The notes under the pieces are model-generated. The model was not told where the DNA came from, did not search any database, and saw only the letters and a program-made list of their open reading frames with translations. DNA of 64,000 nucleotides from Candidatus Micrarchaeia archaeon (GTDB lineage: Archaea > Micrarchaeota > Micrarchaeia > Micrarchaeales > CABMGC01), in assembly GCA_049964835.1 (NCBI GenBank), contig JBMFWW010000001.1:1-64000 (forward strand). Direction: 5' to 3'. The translations under genes were made by a program, and so were the position numbers. Shown in pieces: positions 20,464 through 29,490 of this stretch (its first letter is position 1; each line of letters begins with the position of its first letter).

Positions 20464-20588
20464 GCCAGGGTGGCAGAATCTGGTAACGCGCTGGTCTTGA
20501 GTTTTCAAAACATCAAGAGCTGATTTGGTGATGCGACAAGCGAACCAGTGCCCTTCGGGGCTTTAGGGTTCAAATCCCTACCCTGGCG
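20464..20588 (+). tRNA. tRNA-Ser(UGA) with 41-nt intron (20502-20542) at 37/38
   Basis: Acceptor GCCAGGG/CCCTGGC with G73; anticodon arm CTGGT-CT-TGA-G|A-ACCAG; long variable arm; BHB central helix CTTG/CAAG. Confidence 0.93.
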
Positions 20589-20609
20589 AACTCTTAAATG
20601 AATGTATAG

Positions 20610-20708
20610 GAAGCACATGTCGTTTACTGGCGGGAAGATGTCAAAAGCCAGACTGTTTATCAACAGTAGGTGTAAAACTCACATACTTTAGCGGTAGGAC
20701 AATATCAC
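20610..20708 (+). mobile_element. Two tandem degenerate IS200/IS605 right-end-like remnants
   Basis: GAAGCACATGTCG-TTTA-CTGGCGGGAAGATGTCA (20610-20643) and AAACTCACATAC-TTTA-GCGGTAGGACAATATCAC (20675-20708). Both follow the hairpin(TTTA)...TCA(C) pattern. Confidence 0.5.
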
Positions 20709-20816
20709 TTAGAAAAAGACACAATAATCAAAAACGTAGAAAGAGGGCCATTAACTATAAACGAATACAATAAATGAAAAAAGAAAAAATAAAAGAAAAT
20801 AAAACAATTTAGTTAA

Positions 20817-20999
20817 TTAAAACATGCTGTTCTTAATTGCTCCTTTTATCTTTGCGGCTGTGGCAGCATCTATCTGCTTCATACTATGTGCCTGCATGGC
20901 GTGCTCCTTTATCTTAGCCATTAATTCATCTTCATCTTTAGCCTTGGCTTTAAAGCCACAACTCATTCCTATATCCTTACATGCGAAAGTTTTTGCCAT
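20817..20999 (-). CDS. DUF1059-family small metal-binding protein
   Basis: F.CKDIGMSCGF...EDELM..I.EHA..AH. Confidence 0.85.
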   Translation of the reverse strand: MAKTFACKDIGMSCGFKAKAKDEDELMAKIKEHAMQAHSMKQIDAATAAKIKGAIKNSMF

Positions 21000-21117
21000 A
21001 TAATCTCCAATATAAATAAGGTAAGAAGTATTTTAAATTGATATTATATGTAATGGCTTATTTTTATTTTTAAGAAGGTTTTTTATATTAGTATGAAAAA
21101 GGCATAACTTTAAAAAG

Positions 21118-21402
21118 ATGTCCAACAAATATACTTTTGATTGCATGGTAAAAAATGTTAAAAAATACAATAAAGACCAAAAAGAGCTATATTTTGATTA
21201 TATGCTTTTCGATAAAATTTCAAAAGAGCTAAAAGAACATAATAAAAAAATCATGGTCATAAGAAAAAATATAGCAAAATCAAAAAAAGCATCTTCCGAC
21301 CTGAAGTTTGAGTTCTTAGAGAACTTTGACATAATAACAGATCATATAGCAAAAGCAGTAAAAGAAATAAACAAATCAAAAAAAATATTAAAAGAGTTAT
21401 AA
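21118..21402 (+). CDS. Hypothetical basic helical protein
   Basis: 94 aa ORF; no motif. Confidence 0.55.
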   Translation: MSNKYTFDCMVKNVKKYNKDQKELYFDYMLFDKISKELKEHNKKIMVIRKNIAKSKKASSDLKFEFLENFDIITDHIAKAVKEINKSKKILKEL

Positions 21403-21404
21403 TT

Positions 21405-21803
21405 TCATATTTTTATTTTTTCCGCTTCTTTTGGGAAAAACTTTTTGTATATTTCATACACAGTTTTTGCATCATCTTTTAATACTGGTTGCTGGTTTAA
21501 CAACTTATTCTGCACAGTTTTCAATAGCATAGCATCATTACCTACTGCAAACGTATAACTTTCGCCTTCGCTAGATGTTCCAGACATCCTTTCATAAAGA
21601 TCTCCTATCATTTTTGAAACAGGTTTTGCATAATCAATTTTTGATGTTAATGAAACTGTTTCATCATTCCCATTTTTTCTACGACTTTGTACCAATGCAT
21701 TTGAAACTTTGCCATTCGCAATCTTTAATAGTTCTTCTTTAAGTTGTTCTACTAACTCTCTATTTGATTTTTTAATAATCTTTCGAAGTTTTTTATTTCC
21801 CAT
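21405..21803 (-). CDS. Hypothetical protein
   Basis: 132 aa ORF; no motif. Confidence 0.65.
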   Translation of the reverse strand: MGNKKLRKIIKKSNRELVEQLKEELLKIANGKVSNALVQSRRKNGNDETVSLTSKIDYAKPVSKMIGDLYERMSGTSSEGESYTFAVGNDAMLLKTVQNKLLNQQPVLKDDAKTVYEIYKKFFPKEAEKIKI

Positions 21804-21958
21804 TAAAACACAATTACATGCTATTTTTTTAGATATTTATACATTTACATGATGTGTTTTGCAGCTTTTTTATTTGTAAATGTTTCAGATTTCATACCTG
21901 CCTTACTAAAATTCCTCCAAAGTAATAAATAATTTAGATTTCATATTATATCGGTTTA

Positions 21959-24265
21959 ATGCTAAATTATCTTGAACTTGAAAATTGGAAAGCCCATGGT
22001 TCTTCAAAGATACTGTTTTCAAAAGGAACAAATGTCTTTATAGGTCAGATGGGCGCTGGAAAAAGTTCGGTTCTTGATGCAATATCATTTGCCCTTTTCG
22101 GTACCTTTCCAGGAATTAAAAACAGGCGCACAAAAGTTAGTATGTTAATAAGAAATAGACCCGAGCAGAAAAAAACATCAAGGGTAAAATTGTCCTTTTC
22201 AGTAGATAATATCGAATATACTGTAGAAAGGACAATTTCTTTGTCTGATTCTGCAAAGGCAAAACTTGAAAGAAATGGGGTATTTGTACAGTCGCAACCT
22301 GAAAGAGTAACAGAGGAAATAGAAAAAGCATTAAAAATAGACTATGATATTTTTTCAAGAGCAGTATATTCTGAGCAAAATAGATTAGATTACTTTCTTG
22401 AGATGGGTGCATCAGATAGGAAAAAACAGATAGACAATCTTCTTGGAATAGATAGATTTGCTATTGCTTATGAGAATACAGGAACCCTTATAAATAAAAT
22501 GAAGGATATGGTATCTGAGTCGCAAAAAATTCTAGAAAAATTTGATATAAATTCAGCAAAAGAAGAACTAGAACTTCTTGAAAAAGAGCTAGAAAGCATT
22601 AAAAATAACATTTCAGCAATAAATTTAGAGTTAACAACATTAAGAGAAAATGAAAAGGTTATTGATAAAGAGATTCAAGAAAAGAAGATTCTCAGAAACA
22701 AAAAAATCTTATTAGAAAAAGAGGTAGCTGAGTTATTAAGCAAAGTATCAGTTCTAGATAAAGAATCAAAGATCATAAAAAACAAAGAAATGCCATCAGA
22801 AGACGAAGTAGCTAAATTTCTTAGAAACTCAGAACTCTTCATATCAGAAGCAAAGAAGGAAAGGCTAGAGCTTTCAGAATTAGTCCAAAAAGAACAGCAA
22901 GAACTGGGAAAACTTCAGAATAGTATATCAGATTTAGAACGAAAAGTAGTTGAAAAGAAAGCAGTTATGTCAGAACTAGAAAGGAATAATCCTAGTGAAG
23001 TAAAAGAAAAACTTGAAAGTACATCAAAGACTCTTGTAGATAAAGAAAAGGAGTACTCTATACTTTTGCATATACGCTCAGAAGGAGAAAAGTCAATATC
23101 AGAATTGAAAAAAGATATAGCAAAATGTCCGATCTGTGATACAGAGCTTTCAAAGGAAAGAAAAGAAAAACTAATTTTAGATAAGAATACAATTTTATCC
23201 GAAACAAACTCAAAGATTAAATCCTTAACAACAGAGATAGAGTCATACAAAAAATCAGTAAAGTTGCTTGAAGAGATGCGTTTAAAGCTTGAGAGATTTG
23301 AAGAGAAGAAAAGCTCTTTTGATGGGATAGAAGAAAAGAAAGCAAAACAAGAAGAAGAGATAAAGCTTATGTCTGAAAAAATTACAAAAACAAGAGCTCT
23401 TCTTGAAGCATCGCAAAACAACATTAATAAAAAATCAGAAGAAATATCAACATTTAAACTTTATCTGGAGAATTACATACGGTTATCTAAATTGTTAAAA
23501 GAGATGGAAGAAGTAAGTGCAAAGGCAGATTTAAAGAAACAAGAACTTAATAAAATACATGTTGATGATTTTGAATTAGATCTTCTTCAAAAAAGATATA
23601 CAACCTTAAAAGAGTCAATATCAGAAAAATCTGCACTGTTTTCTTCATACTCGAAAATGCAGTCTGATAAGATCAAGCTTTGTGATTCGAAGAAAAAGGA
23701 TATCTCTCTAGTAGAAAACATAGCAAAAGATTTAGATTACAAAAAGAGCGCAATAGATAATGTATCTAAATTTAGAAATGCACTCCAAGAAACGCAAGGA
23801 GTAATGCGTCAAAGGTTAATAAGTTCAATAAATGAGACTATGCAATCATTGTGGCCTGAAATATATCCTTATGGAGATTATTCTGGAATAATGATGGAAG
23901 CTACCGAAGATGATTACTCCTTAAAGATAAGAATAAAGGGTGAAGGAGGTTTTGTATGGGAAGATGTAAACTCAATAGCAAGTGGCGGAGAAAAGAGCAT
24001 AGCCTGCATAACTATGCGAATAGCATTTAGTTTAATACTTGTACCTAATCTAAAATGGTTGATACTTGATGAGCCAACACACAATATAGACTCACAAGGT
24101 CTATCAAAGATTGTTCTTCTCTTAAATGAACGATTGCCAAAACTTGTAGATCAAATATTTATAATAACACACGATGAAAAATTAAAGCAGGTTTCAAACG
24201 CAAGAATATACTTATTTTTAAGAAACAAAGCAGAAAATCAAGAAACAACAATAACAGAACTGTAG
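21959..24265 (+). CDS. rad50: Rad50/SbcC-type SMC ATPase
   Basis: GQMGAGKSS, coiled coils with central CPIC zinc hook, ASGGE, LILDEPT, ITHD. Confidence 0.88.
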   Translation: MLNYLELENWKAHGSSKILFSKGTNVFIGQMGAGKSSVLDAISFALFGTFPGIKNRRTKVSMLIRNRPEQKKTSRVKLSFSVDNIEYTVERTISLSDSAKAKLERNGVFVQSQPERVTEEIEKALKIDYDIFSRAVYSEQNRLDYFLEMGASDRKKQIDNLLGIDRFAIAYENTGTLINKMKDMVSESQKILEKFDINSAKEELELLEKELESIKNNISAINLELTTLRENEKVIDKEIQEKKILRNKKILLEKEVAELLSKVSVLDKESKIIKNKEMPSEDEVAKFLRNSELFISEAKKERLELSELVQKEQQELGKLQNSISDLERKVVEKKAVMSELERNNPSEVKEKLESTSKTLVDKEKEYSILLHIRSEGEKSISELKKDIAKCPICDTELSKERKEKLILDKNTILSETNSKIKSLTTEIESYKKSVKLLEEMRLKLERFEEKKSSFDGIEEKKAKQEEEIKLMSEKITKTRALLEASQNNINKKSEEISTFKLYLENYIRLSKLLKEMEEVSAKADLKKQELNKIHVDDFELDLLQKRYTTLKESISEKSALFSSYSKMQSDKIKLCDSKKKDISLVENIAKDLDYKKSAIDNVSKFRNALQETQGVMRQRLISSINETMQSLWPEIYPYGDYSGIMMEATEDDYSLKIRIKGEGGFVWEDVNSIASGGEKSIACITMRIAFSLILVPNLKWLILDEPTHNIDSQGLSKIVLLLNERLPKLVDQIFIITHDEKLKQVSNARIYLFLRNKAENQETTITEL

Positions 24266-24343
24266 ATAAGTGGTTTATAACTGTTGTAGATTTTCTATCA
24301 TATCGTTAAATATTAATTGCGTATCTTTAATCTAATTGTTAAA

Positions 24344-24369
24344 TAAAAAAAGTATGGGCGTAAAGCCCA
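24344..24369 (-). terminator. Hairpin plus U-tract terminator downstream of ftsZ
   Basis: TGGGC-GTAAA-GCCCA (24355-24369), followed on the minus strand by a T7 run. Confidence 0.55.
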
Positions 24370-24396
24370 AATAAAAATAAATAATTGGCAAACTGT

Positions 24397-25446
24397 TTAT
24401 ATAGAGTCTAATCCAAATCCTCTTTCTTCTCTTTCATTACTTTCTTTGCCTATAACGGAGCTTCCAGAAACACCAGTAAATATAGCAATAACCTCTACCT
24501 TGCCGGTATATGCATTGTCCAATCTTGCACCCCAAGTAACGTTTGCATTTGCAGAAACGCTTTCAGTAAGCTTTTCTCCTATCTTATTTGCATCTCCTAA
24601 TGTCATATCTGGGCCTCCAGTAATATGAAGCAAAACTCCATTTGCTCCTTCATAATCAACATCAAGTAATTTATTATTAAGAGTACTTCTTACTACTTCC
24701 TCTATTTTATTTGCTCCCTGTCCTGTACCAACACTTATCATAGCTAGACCACCATTTCTCATAATGGTTCTCAAATCGGCAAAGTCCAAATTTATCATAC
24801 TTGGCTGTGTAATCGCTTCAGTAATACCTCTTACAGCTTTAGCTGTTATCTCATCCGCTATCTGAAATGTTTGTTCTATTGGAAGGTTAGGATAAAGTTT
24901 GACTAGCCTTTGATTATCTATAACTATTAACGTATCAACAAACTGTCTTAGCTTTGCTATTCCCTTCTTAGCCGTTTCTAGCCTGCTCCTTTCTAGCGCA
25001 AAAGGTAGTGTTACAATGCCTACGACTATTGCTCCTACCTCCTTGCTTACTCTAGCAACTACAGGAGCGGCGCCAGTTCCTGTTCCTCCTCCCATTCCTG
25101 CCGTTAGAAATATAAGGTTTTTATCTCGTATCATTAGCTCTATATCCATTCTTGAAAGTTCAGCCGCCTTTTCTCCCATCTCTGGAAAGCCTCCAGCTCC
25201 AAGCCCTCTAGTAATTTCCTTCCCTAGCATTAATCTATTTATGTTCTGACTCAACATGCCTAATTGCTTTCCATCTGTATTGAAAGCGTATAATCCTGCG
25301 CCTTTTATGTCCATACTATTTAACCTATGTACTGTGTTGTTGCCTCCGCCACCTACTCCGACAACCGCTATCTTAGGTTTAAAAAGATCATAATCAAAGT
25401 CATTATTCTCTTTTTTCTCAGGTTCTGCCCCAAAGTTTGAATACAT
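24397..25446 (-). CDS. ftsZ: Cell division protein FtsZ
   Basis: GVGGGGNN, GMGGGTGTG, NLDFAD T7 loop, short C-terminal GLD tail. Confidence 0.96.
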   Translation of the reverse strand: MYSNFGAEPEKKENNDFDYDLFKPKIAVVGVGGGGNNTVHRLNSMDIKGAGLYAFNTDGKQLGMLSQNINRLMLGKEITRGLGAGGFPEMGEKAAELSRMDIELMIRDKNLIFLTAGMGGGTGTGAAPVVARVSKEVGAIVVGIVTLPFALERSRLETAKKGIAKLRQFVDTLIVIDNQRLVKLYPNLPIEQTFQIADEITAKAVRGITEAITQPSMINLDFADLRTIMRNGGLAMISVGTGQGANKIEEVVRSTLNNKLLDVDYEGANGVLLHITGGPDMTLGDANKIGEKLTESVSANANVTWGARLDNAYTGKVEVIAIFTGVSGSSVIGKESNEREERGFGLDSI

Positions 25447-25518
25447 AGTACCATCTCATAGATTATCTCTACAAATATTAATAAAATACTTTCTAAGCAA
25501 TGTGTATAATGCAAATAC

Positions 25519-26766
25519 CTATATATTCAATTTTTTTGAAACATCCTTCATGTTTAATATATCTGTTTTTGTTATCTCATTTATGAAGATAGTTGCATAG
25601 GAACCAGACTGCAAAGAGAACTTAACCAAAAAGTCTTCATTAATTTTATTTAGAGAGATATCTTTTGCATATCCTAATGTTGTTCTGAAAGAGCCCTTCA
25701 TACTCAACTCAGGCATATGGCTTATCTTAAAAGAGTTTTTATCAATCTCTATTTTTTCAAGAAGATCTCTTTGATACTCATCTATAAATTTGTCTTCAGT
25801 TTCATATCCTATAAGAGGCAAAACAGGAAACTCTCCATCTCCATTGTCAGATATACTTTCTATATCGGGAAAACCAAAGTTGTTTCTTTTGCTTTTTACT
25901 TTTATATCATTTAAATCTTTATTTTTAATTCGCTCTGATAAAACAACATTGAAGATTGCAGACTCAACAGCATGTATAAACATTATGCTTATTCCTCTAG
26001 GTATCCTTCTCAATGCATTTGCATAGTTCTTGTCCTTTGATAAGTACTCTATTACCATATGTTCATATCTTAAATGTTTTGGAAAGTACTCTCTTGCCTT
26101 TTCATAATCTTGATCATCTTTCAAGCGATTTCTTGCTTCTACACATTCCTCATCATTTTCGTTTTTTGTATTTGTCAAAAAGGATATCACTGCCTCTTCA
26201 AACTCACCTTTTATTATGTGCAAGCCGATATCAAAGTTATTTAATCTGTATCCGAATCTCTGTCTGTCAAAGTAATTTGGAAAAAATCCATTTATTTTAT
26301 CCAATGTCTCCTTTGCATATTCTGAATTTCCTTCCCTTACCATTACCTCAAACGCATTGCCTATGTTGTTTCCAAGTTCCACTGGACCTCCCTTCCAAGC
26401 ACCATTTATTTGTATATCTTTTAATTTTAATCCTTCTAATCTTTTAGGTTCTATCTTATGTATGCTTGCAAGTTGAACAGAAACAGAAAACTTGTCCTTA
26501 GTTCCGCAGTATGCAAATGCACCTTTGCCTCTTCCAAATTTTTTAGCTACCGCAAGCAAAGCACGTATGGTGTCCCAGTTGCGCTTTTCAATAATGAATG
26601 TAGTGAACTGCGATTCGTTATCTACTTTAAAGTTTAGCTCTTCTGGTTTGTAATGCACACCGGGATTAAGTACAATACCTGTACTTGTAATCTCCTTTAC
26701 GACAAAGTCCTCATAAAACTTTTTAATTATGCCTCCTGTACCTTTAGTATCTGATAAAAACTCCAT
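25519..26766 (-). CDS. truD: tRNA pseudouridine(13) synthase TruD
   Basis: EDFVVKE, GTKDK, GNAF, FPNYF..QRFG, GSYAT. Confidence 0.93.
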   Translation of the reverse strand: MEFLSDTKGTGGIIKKFYEDFVVKEITSTGIVLNPGVHYKPEELNFKVDNESQFTTFIIEKRNWDTIRALLAVAKKFGRGKGAFAYCGTKDKFSVSVQLASIHKIEPKRLEGLKLKDIQINGAWKGGPVELGNNIGNAFEVMVREGNSEYAKETLDKINGFFPNYFDRQRFGYRLNNFDIGLHIIKGEFEEAVISFLTNTKNENDEECVEARNRLKDDQDYEKAREYFPKHLRYEHMVIEYLSKDKNYANALRRIPRGISIMFIHAVESAIFNVVLSERIKNKDLNDIKVKSKRNNFGFPDIESISDNGDGEFPVLPLIGYETEDKFIDEYQRDLLEKIEIDKNSFKISHMPELSMKGSFRTTLGYAKDISLNKINEDFLVKFSLQSGSYATIFINEITKTDILNMKDVSKKLNI

Positions 26767-26813
26767 TTAATCTAATTTAATAAACCTTATGTTGTAATAA
26801 ATATTGTGGTCAT

Positions 26814-27692
26814 TTGGCAGATAACTCACTTGTCGAACGTATGCTTTATAGACTTGTCAAAAAACACATAGCAGGAACTACGATGAGCGCTGCAATATCA
26901 AAAGCTGCTGAGCTCAATGTTAAAAAAATACCGGTATCTGTTATGTTCCTTAGTGGAACCATCGACACAAAATCAAAAGCACGCTATATTACTTCTACTT
27001 ACATGGAGCTAATACGAAGGCTATCAAGACTAGGCATCAAGGCTAGCGTTCACATCAAGGCAGAGCAGCTAGGCGTGCTCTTAGATAATGAAACAACAGT
27101 AAATAACCTGAATGACATACTAAATACGGCTAAGAAATGCGGTATCTTTGTTTGGCTAGAACTTCCTAAGGAAAAGGTTTCATTCATCGAAGAGCTTAAC
27201 GGAACAAAGGGCTATGGAGTAGCGGTAGATGAGGAAAATGCAATAAATCTTATAAAAAACAAGAACTTTTTAAGTCCAGTAAAGATACTTTTCAATGATC
27301 ACAGCAACAAAGATGAAAAATATGTATTACAGGATCCAAAGATCAAAAATAAAAAAGCCAAAAGCAAAAATACAAAAAAAGAAAAGAATAAAAAAGCAGA
27401 AAACATTAAAAAAATACTAATGTCAAAAAGGAACACAGTAATTTCATCGCCTCCAGACAGTATATTGAAGGAACTTCTCTCTATAAAAAATGACAACAAA
27501 AGCAACTTTTTTATAGAGTTCAAGTTTGGCTACAGCCCTAAAAAACTTAAGAAGTATCTTAAGAAAAATAAAAATATAACAATCTTTGTACCATTCGGAA
27601 AGGATTGGACTGAGTTTGCAATGAACAGTGTGCCTGAAGGGTATATGCGTTTCTTAGCAAATAGCTTATTATCTGAAAAAAATAAAGGTTGA
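26814..27692 (+). CDS. Proline dehydrogenase-like protein (degenerate)
   Basis: KHIAGTT...A N-terminus, IK.EQLG and FVPFGKDW match PRODH positions; catalytic motifs look eroded. Confidence 0.6.
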   Translation: MADNSLVERMLYRLVKKHIAGTTMSAAISKAAELNVKKIPVSVMFLSGTIDTKSKARYITSTYMELIRRLSRLGIKASVHIKAEQLGVLLDNETTVNNLNDILNTAKKCGIFVWLELPKEKVSFIEELNGTKGYGVAVDEENAINLIKNKNFLSPVKILFNDHSNKDEKYVLQDPKIKNKKAKSKNTKKEKNKKAENIKKILMSKRNTVISSPPDSILKELLSIKNDNKSNFFIEFKFGYSPKKLKKYLKKNKNITIFVPFGKDWTEFAMNSVPEGYMRFLANSLLSEKNKG

Positions 27693-27697
27693 GATTT

Positions 27698-28699
27698 ATG
27701 CAACTAGAAAAAACAATTCCAAAACAAGTTCAAAAAACCAGTCCAGGAAGTATTTTAGTTACTGGAGGTGCTGGAAGATTAGGTAAAAGACTAATCGAGG
27801 AATGCATCTCAAAAGGCATTACAGTAAGAGCTCTAGTAAAGGACAAAGAGGATGCTATGTCACTGCCATATGGCACAATACCTTACATAGGCGACATAAC
27901 TTCTAGAGATATAGTTTTTGATGCATGTAAAGGTGTAGATACTGTGTACCATCTTGCAGCGATAGTTAGTCAAAGAGATGGAGGCCAAAAAGAGATTATA
28001 AGAGTAAATGCTGAAGGTACAAAGTTAATAATGGAAGCGGCTGACATTGGCGGCGCCAAGAGGATAATACTTACAAGCACAGTTGATGTTTACGGCTCAA
28101 AAAGAAAGGATCCTCTAACAGAAGAATCTGAATTAAAACCAAATGATATATACGGACATAGCAAGATGCTTGCGGAGAAGCAAATCACCTCTTTTAGCGG
28201 AAATATTTCTTATACTATTTTAAGACTTGCAACTATTTACGGTGAAGAATATAAACACTCTTTCTTTAAAATATTTGACATGATAAATTCAGATAAAGCT
28301 TATTTAATAGGCAACGGCAAGAATAACTTATGCTTAATAAATATAAAGGATGTTTTAAACGCTCTGCTTCTTGTAAGAGAAAGCAAGGTTGCAGCAAATA
28401 AAATTTATAATTTAACTGATGGAATGAGCTATACTCAAGAACAGCTTTTCTCTTTAGCCTGCACTCTTCTAGGTAAAAAAGAAAAGTTAAAACATATAAA
28501 TGAGTTTATGGCAAGATTGTTATCTAAAAAAGCCGGTATAACAATTGATGATTTAAGATTTATAACAAGCAACAGGGTTGTAAGTATTGAAAAGATATCA
28601 AAAGAGTTAGAATTTAAACCAAAAGTAGATATTAAGACTGGAGCGTCTGAACTCATAAAATTATATAAAATGCATAAAGGTGTGCTTAATGGGACTTAA
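27698..28699 (+). CDS. NAD-dependent epimerase/dehydratase (extended SDR)
   Basis: VTGGAGRLG, HLAA, YGHSK. Confidence 0.9.
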   Translation: MQLEKTIPKQVQKTSPGSILVTGGAGRLGKRLIEECISKGITVRALVKDKEDAMSLPYGTIPYIGDITSRDIVFDACKGVDTVYHLAAIVSQRDGGQKEIIRVNAEGTKLIMEAADIGGAKRIILTSTVDVYGSKRKDPLTEESELKPNDIYGHSKMLAEKQITSFSGNISYTILRLATIYGEEYKHSFFKIFDMINSDKAYLIGNGKNNLCLINIKDVLNALLLVRESKVAANKIYNLTDGMSYTQEQLFSLACTLLGKKEKLKHINEFMARLLSKKAGITIDDLRFITSNRVVSIEKISKELEFKPKVDIKTGASELIKLYKMHKGVLNGT

Positions 28700-29483
28700 A
28701 ATAGGTAAGACAGAGAAATACATAAATGAGCAATTAGAGAGGAAGGGAGCACTTCTTTTCATGGTTGTAGATCCTGTAGATTATAAGGATGAAAAAGATG
28801 CAATAAAGTTTGCAAAGGACTCTGCAGAAGGAGGCGCTGATGTAATTCTAGTGGGAGGTAGCGTAGGCGCGCAAGGCGAATTACTAGATGATGTTACAAA
28901 GGGCATAAAGGATGTAGTAAATGTACCTGTAATACTCTTTCCTGGAAATATAGCTACTATAACAAAGTACGCTGATGCATTATACTTCATGTCTTTGCTA
29001 AACGCAAGAAATCCATACTGGATAACTCAGGCTCAAATGCTTTCAGCTCCTCTAATTAAAAAGATGAACATAGAGCCTCTGCCTGTCGGTTATATTGTAG
29101 TCCAACCTGGTGGCACTGTTGGCTGGGTTGGTGATGCAAATTTAGTTCCTAGAGAGAAGCCTATGATCGCTGCGGCTCTAGCAATGGCTGGACAGTATCT
29201 TGGAAATAGGATAATCATAACTGATGTCGGTTCAAATCCACAGTCCCAAGGTCAATCCTCAGTTCCTTTAGATATGATAAAGGCAGTAAGCAGCTCTATA
29301 ACTGTTCCATATGGAATAGCTGGTGGTATACGAGATGAAGATACTATACGTTCTTCAATAAAGGCTGGCGCTCAAATACTACAAATAGGAACAGCTATAG
29401 AAAAATCAAAGGATGCTATTGAAAAATCAAGATTTTTCTCTAAAATAATAAAAGAGGAAGGTTTAAAAAAATTGCGCCAGTGA
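28689..29483 (+). CDS. Geranylgeranylglyceryl phosphate synthase
   Basis: DP, ILVGGS, PVILFPG, FMSLLN.RNPYWI, GYIV, GGIR. Confidence 0.92.
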   Translation: MGLKIGKTEKYINEQLERKGALLFMVVDPVDYKDEKDAIKFAKDSAEGGADVILVGGSVGAQGELLDDVTKGIKDVVNVPVILFPGNIATITKYADALYFMSLLNARNPYWITQAQMLSAPLIKKMNIEPLPVGYIVVQPGGTVGWVGDANLVPREKPMIAAALAMAGQYLGNRIIITDVGSNPQSQGQSSVPLDMIKAVSSSITVPYGIAGGIRDEDTIRSSIKAGAQILQIGTAIEKSKDAIEKSRFFSKIIKEEGLKKLRQ

Positions 29484-29490
29484 GCTTCAA

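Noticed and set aside
20498..20500. TGA in the tRNA as a selenocysteine or opal-suppressor signal
   Set aside because: TGA is the anticodon (reads UCA, Ser). A Sec or suppressor tRNA would have anticodon TCA, and the acceptor stem is a normal 7 bp.
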